Positions 52,753 through 62,845 of a stretch of DNA of 63,261 nt are shown piece by piece; the first letter of the stretch is position 1, and every line of letters starts with the position of its first letter. The stretch is from an uncultured Candidatus Saccharibacteria bacterium (lineage in GTDB: Bacteria > Patescibacteriota > Minisyncoccia > Phycocordibacterales > Phycocordibacteraceae): assembly GCA_964550425.1 (NCBI GenBank), contig CAZJZB010000004.1, forward strand, positions 1 to 63,261. Direction: 5' to 3'. Made by a program: the position numbers and the translations under genes. The notes beneath the pieces are model-generated. The model did no database searches and had not been told where the DNA came from. It saw nothing but the letters and a program-made list of their open reading frames with translations.

Positions 52753-52891
52753 GGCAGGGCTCCTTTCATTGAGCCGGCTCGCAGCGAGCCGGCGGGTTGT
52801 GTCGGTTTTTGTTGAAACATCTGTCCGGACATAAGGATACTCAATTATTCTAGTTTGTCAAGCCATACAAAACACGATAAGGTAGAGCATA

Positions 52892-54121
52892 ATGAGTGCG
52901 ATTGATTTTAAAATAGAGAAGCGCGCGGCGCGAAGCGCCGCGCGTGCGGGCGTACTCGCTACGTCTCACGGCGATATTCACACACCCGCTTTTGCGCCGG
53001 TGGGTACCAAAGCAAATGTAAAAGGCATTCTTCCCGAACAATTGAAGCGGCTCGGCGCCGAAGTCGTACTTGCGAACACCTACCATCTCTATCTTCAACC
53101 GGGCGAGAAAATCGTGCATGGGGCCGGCTGGCTCGGAACATTCATGGGCTGGGATGGTCCCACCATGACCGATTCGGGAGGTTTCCAGGTCTTCTCGCTT
53201 GGTGCCGCGTTCGGAAAGACCATCTCAAAGTTCGTTAAAGAGGACGCTCCCGAAGTCGAGTCGGTTGCCGTGTATGACGAAAATGTTGCAAGTCAACATG
53301 GGCAACTCGCCATTATTGATGACGAGGGTGTTTCGTTTACCTCGCACCTTGATGGCTCGCTCCACCGCTTCACTCCCGAGCGTTCGGTGGAGATCCAGCA
53401 TGCGCTTGGCGCGGATATTTTCTTTGCGTTTGATGAATGCACTTCGCCGACAGCCGCGTATGAGTATCAGCGGGAGGCGATGGAGCGCACGCACCGCTGG
53501 GCGGCGCGTTCCCTTACGGCGCATCGGCAGAATATAGACGCGAACAAGCGACAAGCATTGTTCGGCATCGTGCAGGGAGGTCGGCACGAGGACCTGCGCA
53601 GGGAATCAGCGCGCGAGATTTCCTCGCTCGGTTTTGACGGCATCGGCATCGGCGGTTCTTTCTCTAAGGAGGATATGCGCGGCGCGCTTACCGCCGCGGT
53701 AACTGAGCTTCCCGAAGAGTTGCCACGGCATTTTCTCGGCATCGGCGAGCCGTGTGACATTCTGGAAGGCATCGCGAACGGCATGGATCTCTTTGACTGC
53801 GTCGCCGCAACCCGGCTCGGCCGCCATGGTTCCATCTACACAAAGCATGGTCTCATTCACTTAAAGAATGAAAAATATCGCACCGACTTCACCTCACTTG
53901 AGGAACATGTGGACTTACGAAGTCCACATTTCACACGGGCGTATGTGGCGCATCTTTTGCGTTCAGGGGAAATGCTTGGGGCCGTCATCGCCTCCATGCA
54001 CAATGTTGGCTTCATTCTGAACCTCGTCTCCGGCGCGCGGCAGGCCATCCTCGATGGACGATTTGACGAATATCGTGCAGATTTCATTCGCAATTACTCC
54101 AATACCAACTCTGTCCTATAG
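52892..54121 (+). CDS. tgt: tRNA-guanine transglycosylase (queuine tRNA-ribosyltransferase)
   Basis: Motifs TPAFAPVGTKANVKG, TMTDSGGFQVFSL and FAFDECT. Confidence 0.85.
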   Translation: MSAIDFKIEKRAARSAARAGVLATSHGDIHTPAFAPVGTKANVKGILPEQLKRLGAEVVLANTYHLYLQPGEKIVHGAGWLGTFMGWDGPTMTDSGGFQVFSLGAAFGKTISKFVKEDAPEVESVAVYDENVASQHGQLAIIDDEGVSFTSHLDGSLHRFTPERSVEIQHALGADIFFAFDECTSPTAAYEYQREAMERTHRWAARSLTAHRQNIDANKRQALFGIVQGGRHEDLRRESAREISSLGFDGIGIGGSFSKEDMRGALTAAVTELPEELPRHFLGIGEPCDILEGIANGMDLFDCVAATRLGRHGSIYTKHGLIHLKNEKYRTDFTSLEEHVDLRSPHFTRAYVAHLLRSGEMLGAVIASMHNVGFILNLVSGARQAILDGRFDEYRADFIRNYSNTNSVL

Positions 54122-54186
54122 GACGAAATTGGTATTTTGAATGCGGTATGTTCAATTATCCTATACACTCCCCTCACACGCGCATC

Positions 54187-56286
54187 ATGACCAACTTTAA
54201 ACTCCACACGCCGTGGGCGCCTGCGGGCGATCAACCGAAGGCCATCAAGGCGCTTGCGCAGGGCCTTGAGCGCGGATTGCGGCATCAAACCCTTTTTGGC
54301 GTGACCGGAAGCGGGAAGACCTTTACCGTAGCGAATGTCATAGCTTCGCATGACAAACCGACGCTTGTGCTCGCGCATAATAAGACGCTTGCGGCGCAGC
54401 TCGCGCAAGAATATCGGGAATTTTTTCCCGAGAACGCGGTGCACTATTTCGTTTCCTACTACGATTACTATCAGCCGGAAGCGTATATCGCGCACTCGGA
54501 TACGTATATTGAGAAGGAAGCGATGATAAATGCCGAGATAGACCGTCTGCGGCACGCCGCGACACAAGCGCTTCTCACAAGGAAAGACGTCATCATCGTC
54601 GCATCGGTCTCCGCCATCTACGGCCTCGGCTCGCCAGAGGAATACGAGAAGGTGCATGTGAAGATCGAAAAAGGCGGTGTTGAAAATCGCGCGGCTTTGA
54701 TACGCAAACTCGTCAATATCTATTTTGAACGCACGAATGCCGACCTTAATCCCGGGCAGTTGCGCGCCATCGGAAACTCTCTTGAATTCATGCCGGTCAA
54801 CGAGCGCGCGATCTATCGCGTTACCTTTGACGGCGACGATATTGCGCATATTGATCAGCTTGATCCGATTTCGCGCGCAAAGATAAGAGAACCGAAATCG
54901 GTTTTCGTTTTTCCGGCGAAACACTTCATCACGAGCAAGGATGAGCGCGAACGCGCGATTGAAGATATCAAGCTGGAACTTGAAGAACAGCTTGCGAAGT
55001 TCAAGCGCGAGGAGAAACCCTTGGAAGCCGAACGGCTGAAGCGCCGCACGCTCCATGACCTTGCACTTATCCGCGAGCTCGGCTACACAAGTGGTATTGA
55101 GAATTATTCCCGCCATTTCGACGGACGGAAATCAGGGCAACCGCCGCACACACTCCTGTCCTATTTTCCCCATAAGAAAGACGGTTCAGCGGACTTTCTC
55201 ACGGTCATTGATGAATCACACGTTACCGTCCCGCAGATAGGCGGCATGTATGCGGGCGACAAGTCGCGCAAGGACGTGCTGGTTGCATACGGCTTTCGTC
55301 TTCCTTCGGCGCGCGATAATCGCCCGCTCCGCTTTGAAGAGTTTGAGGAACGCATTGGACAAGTATTGTATACGAGCGCGACACCAGGGCCGTACGAACG
55401 CAAGCATTCCGAACAGATAGTGGAACAGGTCATCCGCCCAACCGGCCTCATTGACCCAGAGCTTACCACTCGTCCCGTTTCCGAAGGGGCGTTCTTATCT
55501 TTAACGGTCGGAAATAATAAGAATATTGAATCGCAGGGATACCGGGGGCAGATTGTAGATTTTATCAGTGAGGCAGAGATGGTCATCAAACGCAGCGGTC
55601 GCGCGCTTGCAACAACGCTCACGAAGCAGATGGCAGAAGATCTTTCTTCATTTTTGCGTGAAAAGGGGATTAAAGCCGAATATCTTCATTCGGATGTAAA
55701 AACAATAGACCGCATCGATATCCTTACCAATTTCCGTAAAGGCATATTCGATATTCTGGTCGGCGTAAATCTATTGCGCGAAGGACTCGATCTGCCGGAA
55801 GTTGAGCTTATTGGAATATTGGATGCCGACAAAGAAGGATTCCTCCGAAGCGAAACATCACTCATTCAAACCATCGGCCGTGCGGCGCGTAACGTGCTCG
55901 GACGCGTCATTCTCTATGCCGATGTCATGACCGGTTCACTCGAAAGAGCTATCGGCGAGACGAATCGCCGTCGCTCTCTCCAGCTCGCGTATAACGAGAA
56001 GCATGGCATCACTCCGCAAACAATCAGAAAAGAAATTCATGACATCGCCGCATCGATGCGCACGGAACATCAACGGACCATTGATGAACTTCTCGTGCTT
56101 GATACGCTTGCGTACAGGGAAGATCCAAAATCGTTTATTAAACGGAAAAGAGAAGAGATGGAAGAGGCGGTAGAAAAACTCGATTTCGAAACCGCCGCGC
56201 TCATCCGTGATGAGATATACAAATTGGAAGGCACCGGCCCGAAGGCCCGTAAGCCCCGCGCTCGCAAACCGCTTTCAGGCGCATAG
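54187..56286 (+). CDS. uvrB: excinuclease ABC subunit B
   Basis: Motifs GDQPKAI, GVTGSGKTFT, DESHVT and a C-terminal UVR domain. It contains palindromic element copy D in frame. Confidence 0.9.
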   Translation: MTNFKLHTPWAPAGDQPKAIKALAQGLERGLRHQTLFGVTGSGKTFTVANVIASHDKPTLVLAHNKTLAAQLAQEYREFFPENAVHYFVSYYDYYQPEAYIAHSDTYIEKEAMINAEIDRLRHAATQALLTRKDVIIVASVSAIYGLGSPEEYEKVHVKIEKGGVENRAALIRKLVNIYFERTNADLNPGQLRAIGNSLEFMPVNERAIYRVTFDGDDIAHIDQLDPISRAKIREPKSVFVFPAKHFITSKDERERAIEDIKLELEEQLAKFKREEKPLEAERLKRRTLHDLALIRELGYTSGIENYSRHFDGRKSGQPPHTLLSYFPHKKDGSADFLTVIDESHVTVPQIGGMYAGDKSRKDVLVAYGFRLPSARDNRPLRFEEFEERIGQVLYTSATPGPYERKHSEQIVEQVIRPTGLIDPELTTRPVSEGAFLSLTVGNNKNIESQGYRGQIVDFISEAEMVIKRSGRALATTLTKQMAEDLSSFLREKGIKAEYLHSDVKTIDRIDILTNFRKGIFDILVGVNLLREGLDLPEVELIGILDADKEGFLRSETSLIQTIGRAARNVLGRVILYADVMTGSLERAIGETNRRRSLQLAYNEKHGITPQTIRKEIHDIAASMRTEHQRTIDELLVLDTLAYREDPKSFIKRKREEMEEAVEKLDFETAALIRDEIYKLEGTGPKARKPRARKPLSGA
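55491..55527 (+). repeat. ATTCTTAT / CGGTCGG / ATAAGAAT palindromic element, copy D, inside the uvrB coding sequence
   Basis: Arms gttcttat (55491-55498) and ataagaatatt (55517-55527) with core cggtcgg (55505-55511). It is translated as FLSLTVGNNKNIE. Confidence 0.65.
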
Positions 56287-56371
56287 CAGAGGTATAGTGA
56301 GAGTGATATACTCATCCCGTACCTGCCCCGCCACGGGCAGGAGGTCGCGTTTCAATCGACATAAACGCGAC

Positions 56372-59116
56372 ATGATTTCGCAAAATCAAATGAAAAAGCA
56401 GACCAAACAAGAAGAACATAAGCATAAGCACGGGAGCGATTGGCTCACTGTGAAGGGTGCGCGTACTCATAACTTGAAGAATATTTCAGTCGAGATGCCG
56501 CGCGGCGCTATGACCGTCATCACCGGCCTTTCGGGGAGCGGGAAGTCATCGCTCGCGTTCGATACTATCTTTGCTGAAGGACAGCGGCGGTATGTTGAAT
56601 CACTCTCCGCGTATGCACGGCAATTTCTCAATCAGATGGCGAAGCCGGATGTGGACGAGATTATCGGCCTCTCTCCGGCGATTTCTATAGATCAGAAGAG
56701 CCGCTCGAACAATCCGCGTTCCACAGTGGCGACCGTCACCGAGATTTACGACTATTTGCGCGTTCTCTATGCGCGCGCGGGGCAACCGTACTGTATTCAT
56801 CACGATGTGCCCATCGTACGGCTCTCAAAAGAGGAGATGATAAAAATGGTATTCGCACGTGTGGAAGCCCGACACACTTCGCCCAGTGTGGCGGGTCCTA
56901 CTCCACGCGCTGGAAGCGTCATGGGTGTGGCAGTAGATAAGAGTGTCGTTACTATTTATGCGCCAGTCGTGGTCGGCAGGAAAGGCGAATACTACCAGTT
57001 GCTCTACGACCTTCTTGGTAAGGGCTATGAAAAAGTTGTCATAGACGGCAAGATCCAGTCGCTCCGCGAGAAAATCGTGCTTGATCGGAATAAGCGCCAC
57101 AGCATTGATGCGGTTGTTGATTCTATTTTTATTTCTGAATTTACGAGGGCAAGCGTTGGAGCTCGCGAACGGCTCTCGGAGGCGCTCGAGCTCGCACTCA
57201 AACAAGCAGATGGTTTGGTGAAGATTCAGCACGCCGACGGCACACTTGAAACGCTTTCTTCCAAATTCATTTGTCCGGAAGACGGCGCGTCTTTTCCAGA
57301 AGTAGAACCGCGTCTCTTTTCTTTCAATTCACCCTACGGCGCATGTCCGGCGTGTCACGGCCTCGGCACCGAATCGCTCTTTTCAGAAGAAGTGTGTCCC
57401 ATATGTGAGGGTAAGCGTCTTCGTCCCGAGGCGTTGCGTGTTTATCTCAAAAGCAACCCTACTTCGCGTAAAGCTTCGAAGGGTCAAGAAAAAGACAAAG
57501 ACCTACCTGCCGGCAGGCAGGCGCTCGGAAAGAGCATCGTTGACTTCACCGATATGTCGATACGGGAGGCGAAAGAGTTTGTAGATACCATCGAGCTCTC
57601 CGAGATGAAGAAAGATATCGCCGCACCCATTTTGAAAGAAATAGACAGTCGTTTGTCATTTATGTTAAACGTCGGACTTGATTATCTGACGCTCAACCGC
57701 TCTGCCGCGACGCTCTCCGGCGGGGAAGCGCAGCGCATCCGCCTCGCTTCGCAGCTCGGCAGCGGACTGACCGGTGCACTCTATGTGCTTGATGAGCCCA
57801 CGATCGGGCTGCACCAACGCGACAATGATCGTCTCATTAAGACGTTGCTTGTCTTGAAGGAACTCGGGAACACTATCATTGTCGTGGAGCATGATGAAGA
57901 GACCATTTTCTCTTCCGATTACATCGTTGATATCGGTCCGGGCGCTGGCATCCATGGAGGAACGGTCGTCGCTTCCGGATGGCTGGATGATTTATTGACT
58001 TCCGAAAAAAACGAAAGCGATTCCCTCACGCTCTCGTATTTGCGACAAGAAAAAGAAATACCCGTTCCCGAGGCGCGTCGCACAAGCGAAAAGGGTTGGA
58101 TACAGGTGCGTGGCGCAACGCTTCACAATCTGACGAACCAGAACATTGATGTGCCTTTGGGAAAACTCGTCTGTATCACGGGCGTTTCTGGGAGCGGAAA
58201 ATCAACATTTTTGTACGATATTCTGCATCGCAACATTGCCGGGCGATTTGCGCGCCGTGAAGCAAAACTTGAACACATTGCATCAATGACAGGAACCGAA
58301 TATGTCGGCCGCGCAGTTCTCATTGACCAATCGCCTATCGGTCGTACACCGCGCTCCAATCCCGCGACGTATACTGGCGCCTTTACGCATATCCGCGACC
58401 TCTTCGCCGCGACTCCCGAAGCGCGCGCTCGAGGGTGGAAACCCGGACGATTCTCATTTAATGTCCCTGGCGGGCGCTGCGAAGCGTGTCAAGGAAACGG
58501 CTCCATCGCGGTAGAAATGCACTTCTTACCAACGGTGTATGTGACATGTGATATTTGTACGGGCAAGCGTTTTATGAAGGAGACGCTCGAAATTACCTTT
58601 CGCGATAAGAATATTTACGAAGTACTTCAGATGACTATTGAAGAAGCGGAAACATTTTTCGGTGATATTCCGGCGATTGCCGAGCGTTTGATGAGTTTGA
58701 ACTCAACGGGACTTCAATACCTTACACTTGGGCAAAGTGCGACGACGCTCTCCGGCGGAGAAGCACAGCGTGTGAAGATATCTAGTGAACTGTATCGTTC
58801 TCAGACAATGAAGACGATATATCTCCTGGACGAGCCGACGGTCGGTCTCCACTACGAGGATGTACGCAAGCTTATTGAGATTCTTCAGGAGCTCGTGCTC
58901 CGCGGCAACACGGTGGTTGTCATCGAGCACAATCTTGATGTGATAAAAAGTTCCGATTATCTTATTGACTTCGGTCCCGAGGGCGGTGCGGGTGGTGGCA
59001 AAGTTATCGCACAAGGGACACCGGAAGAAGTTGCGAATACTGAGGGCTCGTACACCGGCGAATATCTGTCAAAAGTGTTACAACGCCATGCAAAAAAACG
59101 ATCTACAAAAATATAA
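56372..59116 (+). CDS. uvrA: excinuclease ABC subunit A
   Basis: Two ABC modules ([12 protein letters not shown] and [11 protein letters not shown]), LSGGEAQR twice, and Zn-finger Cys pairs. The ATG at 56372 lies after the uvrB stop. Confidence 0.9.
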   Translation: MISQNQMKKQTKQEEHKHKHGSDWLTVKGARTHNLKNISVEMPRGAMTVITGLSGSGKSSLAFDTIFAEGQRRYVESLSAYARQFLNQMAKPDVDEIIGLSPAISIDQKSRSNNPRSTVATVTEIYDYLRVLYARAGQPYCIHHDVPIVRLSKEEMIKMVFARVEARHTSPSVAGPTPRAGSVMGVAVDKSVVTIYAPVVVGRKGEYYQLLYDLLGKGYEKVVIDGKIQSLREKIVLDRNKRHSIDAVVDSIFISEFTRASVGARERLSEALELALKQADGLVKIQHADGTLETLSSKFICPEDGASFPEVEPRLFSFNSPYGACPACHGLGTESLFSEEVCPICEGKRLRPEALRVYLKSNPTSRKASKGQEKDKDLPAGRQALGKSIVDFTDMSIREAKEFVDTIELSEMKKDIAAPILKEIDSRLSFMLNVGLDYLTLNRSAATLSGGEAQRIRLASQLGSGLTGALYVLDEPTIGLHQRDNDRLIKTLLVLKELGNTIIVVEHDEETIFSSDYIVDIGPGAGIHGGTVVASGWLDDLLTSEKNESDSLTLSYLRQEKEIPVPEARRTSEKGWIQVRGATLHNLTNQNIDVPLGKLVCITGVSGSGKSTFLYDILHRNIAGRFARREAKLEHIASMTGTEYVGRAVLIDQSPIGRTPRSNPATYTGAFTHIRDLFAATPEARARGWKPGRFSFNVPGGRCEACQGNGSIAVEMHFLPTVYVTCDICTGKRFMKETLEITFRDKNIYEVLQMTIEEAETFFGDIPAIAERLMSLNSTGLQYLTLGQSATTLSGGEAQRVKISSELYRSQTMKTIYLLDEPTVGLHYEDVRKLIEILQELVLRGNTVVVIEHNLDVIKSSDYLIDFGPEGGAGGGKVIAQGTPEEVANTEGSYTGEYLSKVLQRHAKKRSTKI

Positions 59117-60344
59117 TCTGCCGGAGGTGCCGGGCGTGTATCTGTTCAAACAGGGGCGGAACGTATTGTATGTCGGCAAAGCGACGAATCTGCGCGACCG
59201 CGTACGCTCTTATTTTGACGATGATCTGATAGCGACTCGGGGGCCGCGCGTGGTGGATATGGTGACAAAAGCCGATCGGATAGTCCATGAGCCGACACCG
59301 ACCGTGCTCGAAGCGCTCGTGCGCGAAGCGGCGCTCATCAAGAAATATCATCCGCCTGCGAACGCGGAGGGGAAAGACGACAGAACGTTCCTCTATGCAA
59401 TCATCACGGAAGAAGAAATCCAGCGAGTGCTCGTCGTGCGCGGTAAAGACCTTGATTTCAAGGCGAAACGTATAAGTGGTGGCCAAAAAATAAAAGCGTC
59501 CTACGGCCCATTTCCTTCCGGGGCTCAGTTACGCGAGGGTTTGCGGCTCATACGGCGCATCTTTCCATTTTTTGATACCCCCAAACCGATCGGGACGAGG
59601 AGCAAACATCAGGCGGCAAAGATAGAATTCAATACACAGATCAAGCAGTATCCACGGATATTTTCAGTAAAGGAATATGGCCGCACGATACGCCGCATTA
59701 TGCTTTTTCTCAGCGGCCGCGGGAAGGAATTGCGCGCAATGCTTGAGAAGGAGATGCGGCAGGCAGCCACAGAAGAACGTTTCGAGGATGCGTCGCAAGC
59801 GCGTCGGGAACTGTTCGCGCTCGACCATATTCAGGACGTCTCGCTTATCAAGGACGAAAACCGGTATCCCAATAATAACGCTATAGCAGGAAATAGTGGA
59901 TATCGGATAGAGGCCTATGACACCGCGCATCTCTCGGGCACCAATGCTATTGGCGTGATGACCGTTCTAGTCGGCAGTGCTCCGCATAAAAATGAATATC
60001 GGACGTTTCGTATCCGCGGTATGAAGAAAAATGACGACATCGCTTCGTTGAAAGAAATTCTCTCACGACGACTAAACCACCGAGAGTGGCCGTTGCCGAA
60101 AATAGTCGTTGTGGATGGCGGCACGACGCATAAAAAGGTCGCAGAGAGCGTGCTCACAGTGGCAGGTATACACATCCCCGTTGTCGCGGTAGTGAAGGAT
60201 GAGCGGCACCGTCCGCGCGAAGTCATCGGCGCGCTGCGCGCCGGCATCACCGAAGCGGACGCTGTGTTAGCAAACAGTGAAGCGCATCGTTTTTCACTGT
60301 CACGGCACCGGATTGCTCGCTCAAAAAGTTTACGGGCAAAATAG
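59088..60344 (+). CDS. uvrC: excinuclease ABC subunit C, short form (GIY-YIG, UVR and endonuclease domains; no C-terminal HhH2)
   Basis: GIY-YIG motif PGVYLFKQGRNVLYVGKATNLRDRVRSYF, UVR segment EERFEDASQARREL, and RIEAYDTAHL. It overlaps the uvrA end by 29 nt. Confidence 0.8.
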   Translation: MQKNDLQKYNLPEVPGVYLFKQGRNVLYVGKATNLRDRVRSYFDDDLIATRGPRVVDMVTKADRIVHEPTPTVLEALVREAALIKKYHPPANAEGKDDRTFLYAIITEEEIQRVLVVRGKDLDFKAKRISGGQKIKASYGPFPSGAQLREGLRLIRRIFPFFDTPKPIGTRSKHQAAKIEFNTQIKQYPRIFSVKEYGRTIRRIMLFLSGRGKELRAMLEKEMRQAATEERFEDASQARRELFALDHIQDVSLIKDENRYPNNNAIAGNSGYRIEAYDTAHLSGTNAIGVMTVLVGSAPHKNEYRTFRIRGMKKNDDIASLKEILSRRLNHREWPLPKIVVVDGGTTHKKVAESVLTVAGIHIPVVAVVKDERHRPREVIGALRAGITEADAVLANSEAHRFSLSRHRIARSKSLRAK

Positions 60345-60380
60345 AAACTTCTTTCCACTGTGCATAGTTGTTATTGGGGC

Positions 60381-60650
60381 ATGACGATGATAAAAATTGT
60401 TACCGTTATTTTATCTTTAGCGGTCACCTGTTTAGGGCTCACCGCACAAGTACAAAAGAATTACAAAAATAAAAGCGTAGAAGGCCTCTCGTTTTTCTAT
60501 TTTATACTCCTAGCAATTTCGTATTCATTTTGGAGCATATATGGTTTTTTGCAACAAGATCTCGTTCTTATTGTGCCTATGTCACTAGGGATGATAATGA
60601 GTTGGATAGTCGTGGGCCAATTTGTTAGATATAGAGTTAGACCAATCTAG
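60381..60650 (+). CDS. SemiSWEET / PQ-loop family small transporter
   Basis: 3 TM helices and the motif AQVQKNYKNKSVEGLS (PQ-loop-like). Confidence 0.6.
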   Translation: MTMIKIVTVILSLAVTCLGLTAQVQKNYKNKSVEGLSFFYFILLAISYSFWSIYGFLQQDLVLIVPMSLGMIMSWIVVGQFVRYRVRPI

Positions 60651-60668
60651 CTTTGCTATACTATCCGC

Positions 60669-61640
60669 ATGCAAACCATCGTCGGCGTGCTGCGGGGCGG
60701 GCCGTCGCGCGAGCATGAGGTCTCGCTCAAGACGGGTGCCGCTATTCTTGCAAATCTGCCAGCCGAGCGATACATCGCGCACGATATTTATATTGATAAA
60801 AATGGGCAGTGGCACGATCGAGGGCGGCCCATTTCTCCCGAGCGCGTGCTACGACAACTCGACGCCGTCCTCATTGGTCTTCATGGCGAATATGGGGAAG
60901 ATGGGGAAGTACAGAAGATTCTCGAGCGTTTCGGCGTGCCGTATGCCGGTGCGGACTCATTCGGTTCCTACCTCGCAATGCATAAACTCATGGCGAAGAT
61001 CCGTGCGAAGGAGGCCGGACTGCTCACGCCGGAATCCCGCTATATTGAAAGGAGTGAAGACAGTGCGGAAGTCGCGCGCGACGTCATCCGCAGTTTCCAT
61101 CAGCCGGTCGTCGTGAAGCCCGTCGGGTGGGGTTCCTCCGTTGGCGTCTCCATTGTTGGCGGGTACGCTCCGGTACTTACCGCTATCGAACGGCTTTTTA
61201 CCGACGGTGCGCAGAGCGTCCTCGTCGAAGAATACATTCAAGGGAAAGAGGCGACCACTGGTGTCGTGGAGGGATTGCGCGGCGAAGCGCTCTACACGCT
61301 CCCATCAGTCGAAATTATTCCGCCCGCAGACGATTTCTTTTCCTACGATGCGAAATATTCCGGCGAAACGCGCGAAGTGTGTCCCGGTAATTTTTCCCGC
61401 GTTGCTGCCGAGGAGTTGCAACGGTCTGCGAAAGTGATACATCGCGCCCTCGGTTTGCGCCACTATTCGCGCAGCGACTTCATCGTTACCCCGAAAGGCA
61501 TCTATTATCTGGAAACCAACACCTTGCCCGGACTCACAGCCGAATCGCTCTTGCCGAAATCCCTCGCCGCTGTCGGTGTCCCGTTTCCCGCTTTTCTGGA
61601 CCATCTGGTCAATCTCGCGCTTGGAAGAGAATCAAAATGA
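60669..61640 (+). CDS. ddl: D-alanine--D-alanine ligase
   Basis: N-terminus VLRGGPSREHEVSLKTG and the ATP-grasp pattern (HGEYGEDGEVQ, VVKP..GSSVGV, ETNTLPG). Confidence 0.85.
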   Translation: MQTIVGVLRGGPSREHEVSLKTGAAILANLPAERYIAHDIYIDKNGQWHDRGRPISPERVLRQLDAVLIGLHGEYGEDGEVQKILERFGVPYAGADSFGSYLAMHKLMAKIRAKEAGLLTPESRYIERSEDSAEVARDVIRSFHQPVVVKPVGWGSSVGVSIVGGYAPVLTAIERLFTDGAQSVLVEEYIQGKEATTGVVEGLRGEALYTLPSVEIIPPADDFFSYDAKYSGETREVCPGNFSRVAAEELQRSAKVIHRALGLRHYSRSDFIVTPKGIYYLETNTLPGLTAESLLPKSLAAVGVPFPAFLDHLVNLALGRESK

Positions 61641-62053
61641 ATAAAAAAGTTGATATACATAAAGCAGGTGGAATTTTAATCAGAGATCGAAAATTTCTTG
61701 TGGGAAGATCGAAAGGTAAAAGTTCCTTTATAAGTCCAGGAGGGAAATTGGAGCCGGGTGAAACCGCCGAGAAGGCACTGGTGCGAGAGTTACATGAAGA
61801 GTTTAGTATTGAAGTAGCAGTATCAGATTTGAAAAGTTTCGGAACATTCTATGCGCCTGCTACCGGGCAAGAAGATAAATACTTGCAGATGGATGTATTT
61901 CTCGTCTCTCGATGGAAAGGTGATATACAGGTAAACAATGAGATAGAAGAAATCATGTGGATTAGTTCGCGCATACCGGATAAAATAAATCTAGGTTCCA
62001 TATTTGAGCATGATGTGCTTCCTCGACTCAAGAAGATGGACCTGATAGATTGA
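61637..62053 (+). CDS. NUDIX hydrolase
   Basis: Nudix box GGKLEPGETAEKALVRELHEEFSIEV. The gene is AT-rich. Confidence 0.8.
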   Translation: MNKKVDIHKAGGILIRDRKFLVGRSKGKSSFISPGGKLEPGETAEKALVRELHEEFSIEVAVSDLKSFGTFYAPATGQEDKYLQMDVFLVSRWKGDIQVNNEIEEIMWISSRIPDKINLGSIFEHDVLPRLKKMDLID

Positions 62054-62067
62054 AGCAGAAGACACAC

Positions 62068-62140
62068 GGGCCTGTAGCTCAATTGGTAGAGCGCCTCATT
62101 TGCAATGAGGAGGTAACCGGTTCGAAACCGGTCAGGTCCA
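62068..62140 (+). tRNA. tRNA-Ala (anticodon TGC)
   Basis: Acceptor GGGCCTG/CAGGTCC with the G3:U70 identity pair, anticodon stem CCTCA/TGAGG, loop TTTGCAA, T-loop TTCGAAA. Confidence 0.9.
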
Positions 62141-62142
62141 CA

Positions 62143-62844
62143 ATGAACGGCATTGCGATTATAGGACCAACTACGTCGGGGAAGACTGAAATTGCCTACG
62201 AAGTGGCAAGACGGCTTAATGGAGAGGTTATTAATTTTGATCTCACACAAACATATAAATATTTCGAAATAAGTTCTGGTGCATCAGATGCACACAAGGA
62301 GAATGACGTTATCAAACATCTTTATTGTTTCTTGAATCCAGACGAAAATCCACTTACTCCAAAACAATATGTAATAAAGGTAATACAAACAGCAAAACAA
62401 ATTCTCAGTCGCGGAAAGATTCCTATTATAGAAGGAGGGGCGGTAAAATATTTTAAATCTCTGTTTGAAGAAAACAAAAAGATAATGCTATTTAATCCAA
62501 TCTTTTGTGTACACAGGGAAATCGATACCGTACTCAAGCATGCCATATTGAAAAGAGTTAACGCCATGATCGATGAAGGATTGTTTCTTGAGATTAAACG
62601 AAATCTAGCGAAAGGTTATCAAAATACTAAGTTCATGAAGGAAAGCAAGGTCATTGTGCCGGCCATTGCATATCTAGAGGGGAGGATAAGTCTCTCTGAT
62701 ATGAAAAAGGAGATTGTTTACGGCACTTTGGAGTTAAAAAAGTATCAGGAGCAGGCATTTTCTCGTTACCCCGGATTGATCAGGGTGGTGAATAAGGGAA
62801 TCAGCGGATCAGTTAAGGAAATCGCCGAACGCGTAAAATGCTAG
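62143..62844 (+). CDS. divergent MiaA/IPT-family P-loop protein (second isopentenyltransferase-like paralog)
   Basis: IIGPTTSGKTEIA, VINFDLTQTYKYFEISSG, KHLYCFL and IPIIEGGAVKYF run parallel to the miaA motifs at 15703-16575. The ATG lies 2 nt after tRNA-Ala. The gene is AT-rich. Confidence 0.55.
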   Translation: MNGIAIIGPTTSGKTEIAYEVARRLNGEVINFDLTQTYKYFEISSGASDAHKENDVIKHLYCFLNPDENPLTPKQYVIKVIQTAKQILSRGKIPIIEGGAVKYFKSLFEENKKIMLFNPIFCVHREIDTVLKHAILKRVNAMIDEGLFLEIKRNLAKGYQNTKFMKESKVIVPAIAYLEGRISLSDMKKEIVYGTLELKKYQEQAFSRYPGLIRVVNKGISGSVKEIAERVKC

Positions 62845-62845
62845 G

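Noticed and set aside
51922-52815. A 297-aa plus-strand ORF overlapping the lipoprotein gene.
   Set aside because: The translation is Arg/Pro-rich nonsense. The minus frame has a textbook lipoprotein signal with lipobox LAAGC, and the flanking terminator fits convergent genes.
54094-55116. A 340-aa minus-strand ORF opposite uvrB.
   Set aside because: It is a shadow ORF. The plus frame is canonical UvrB.
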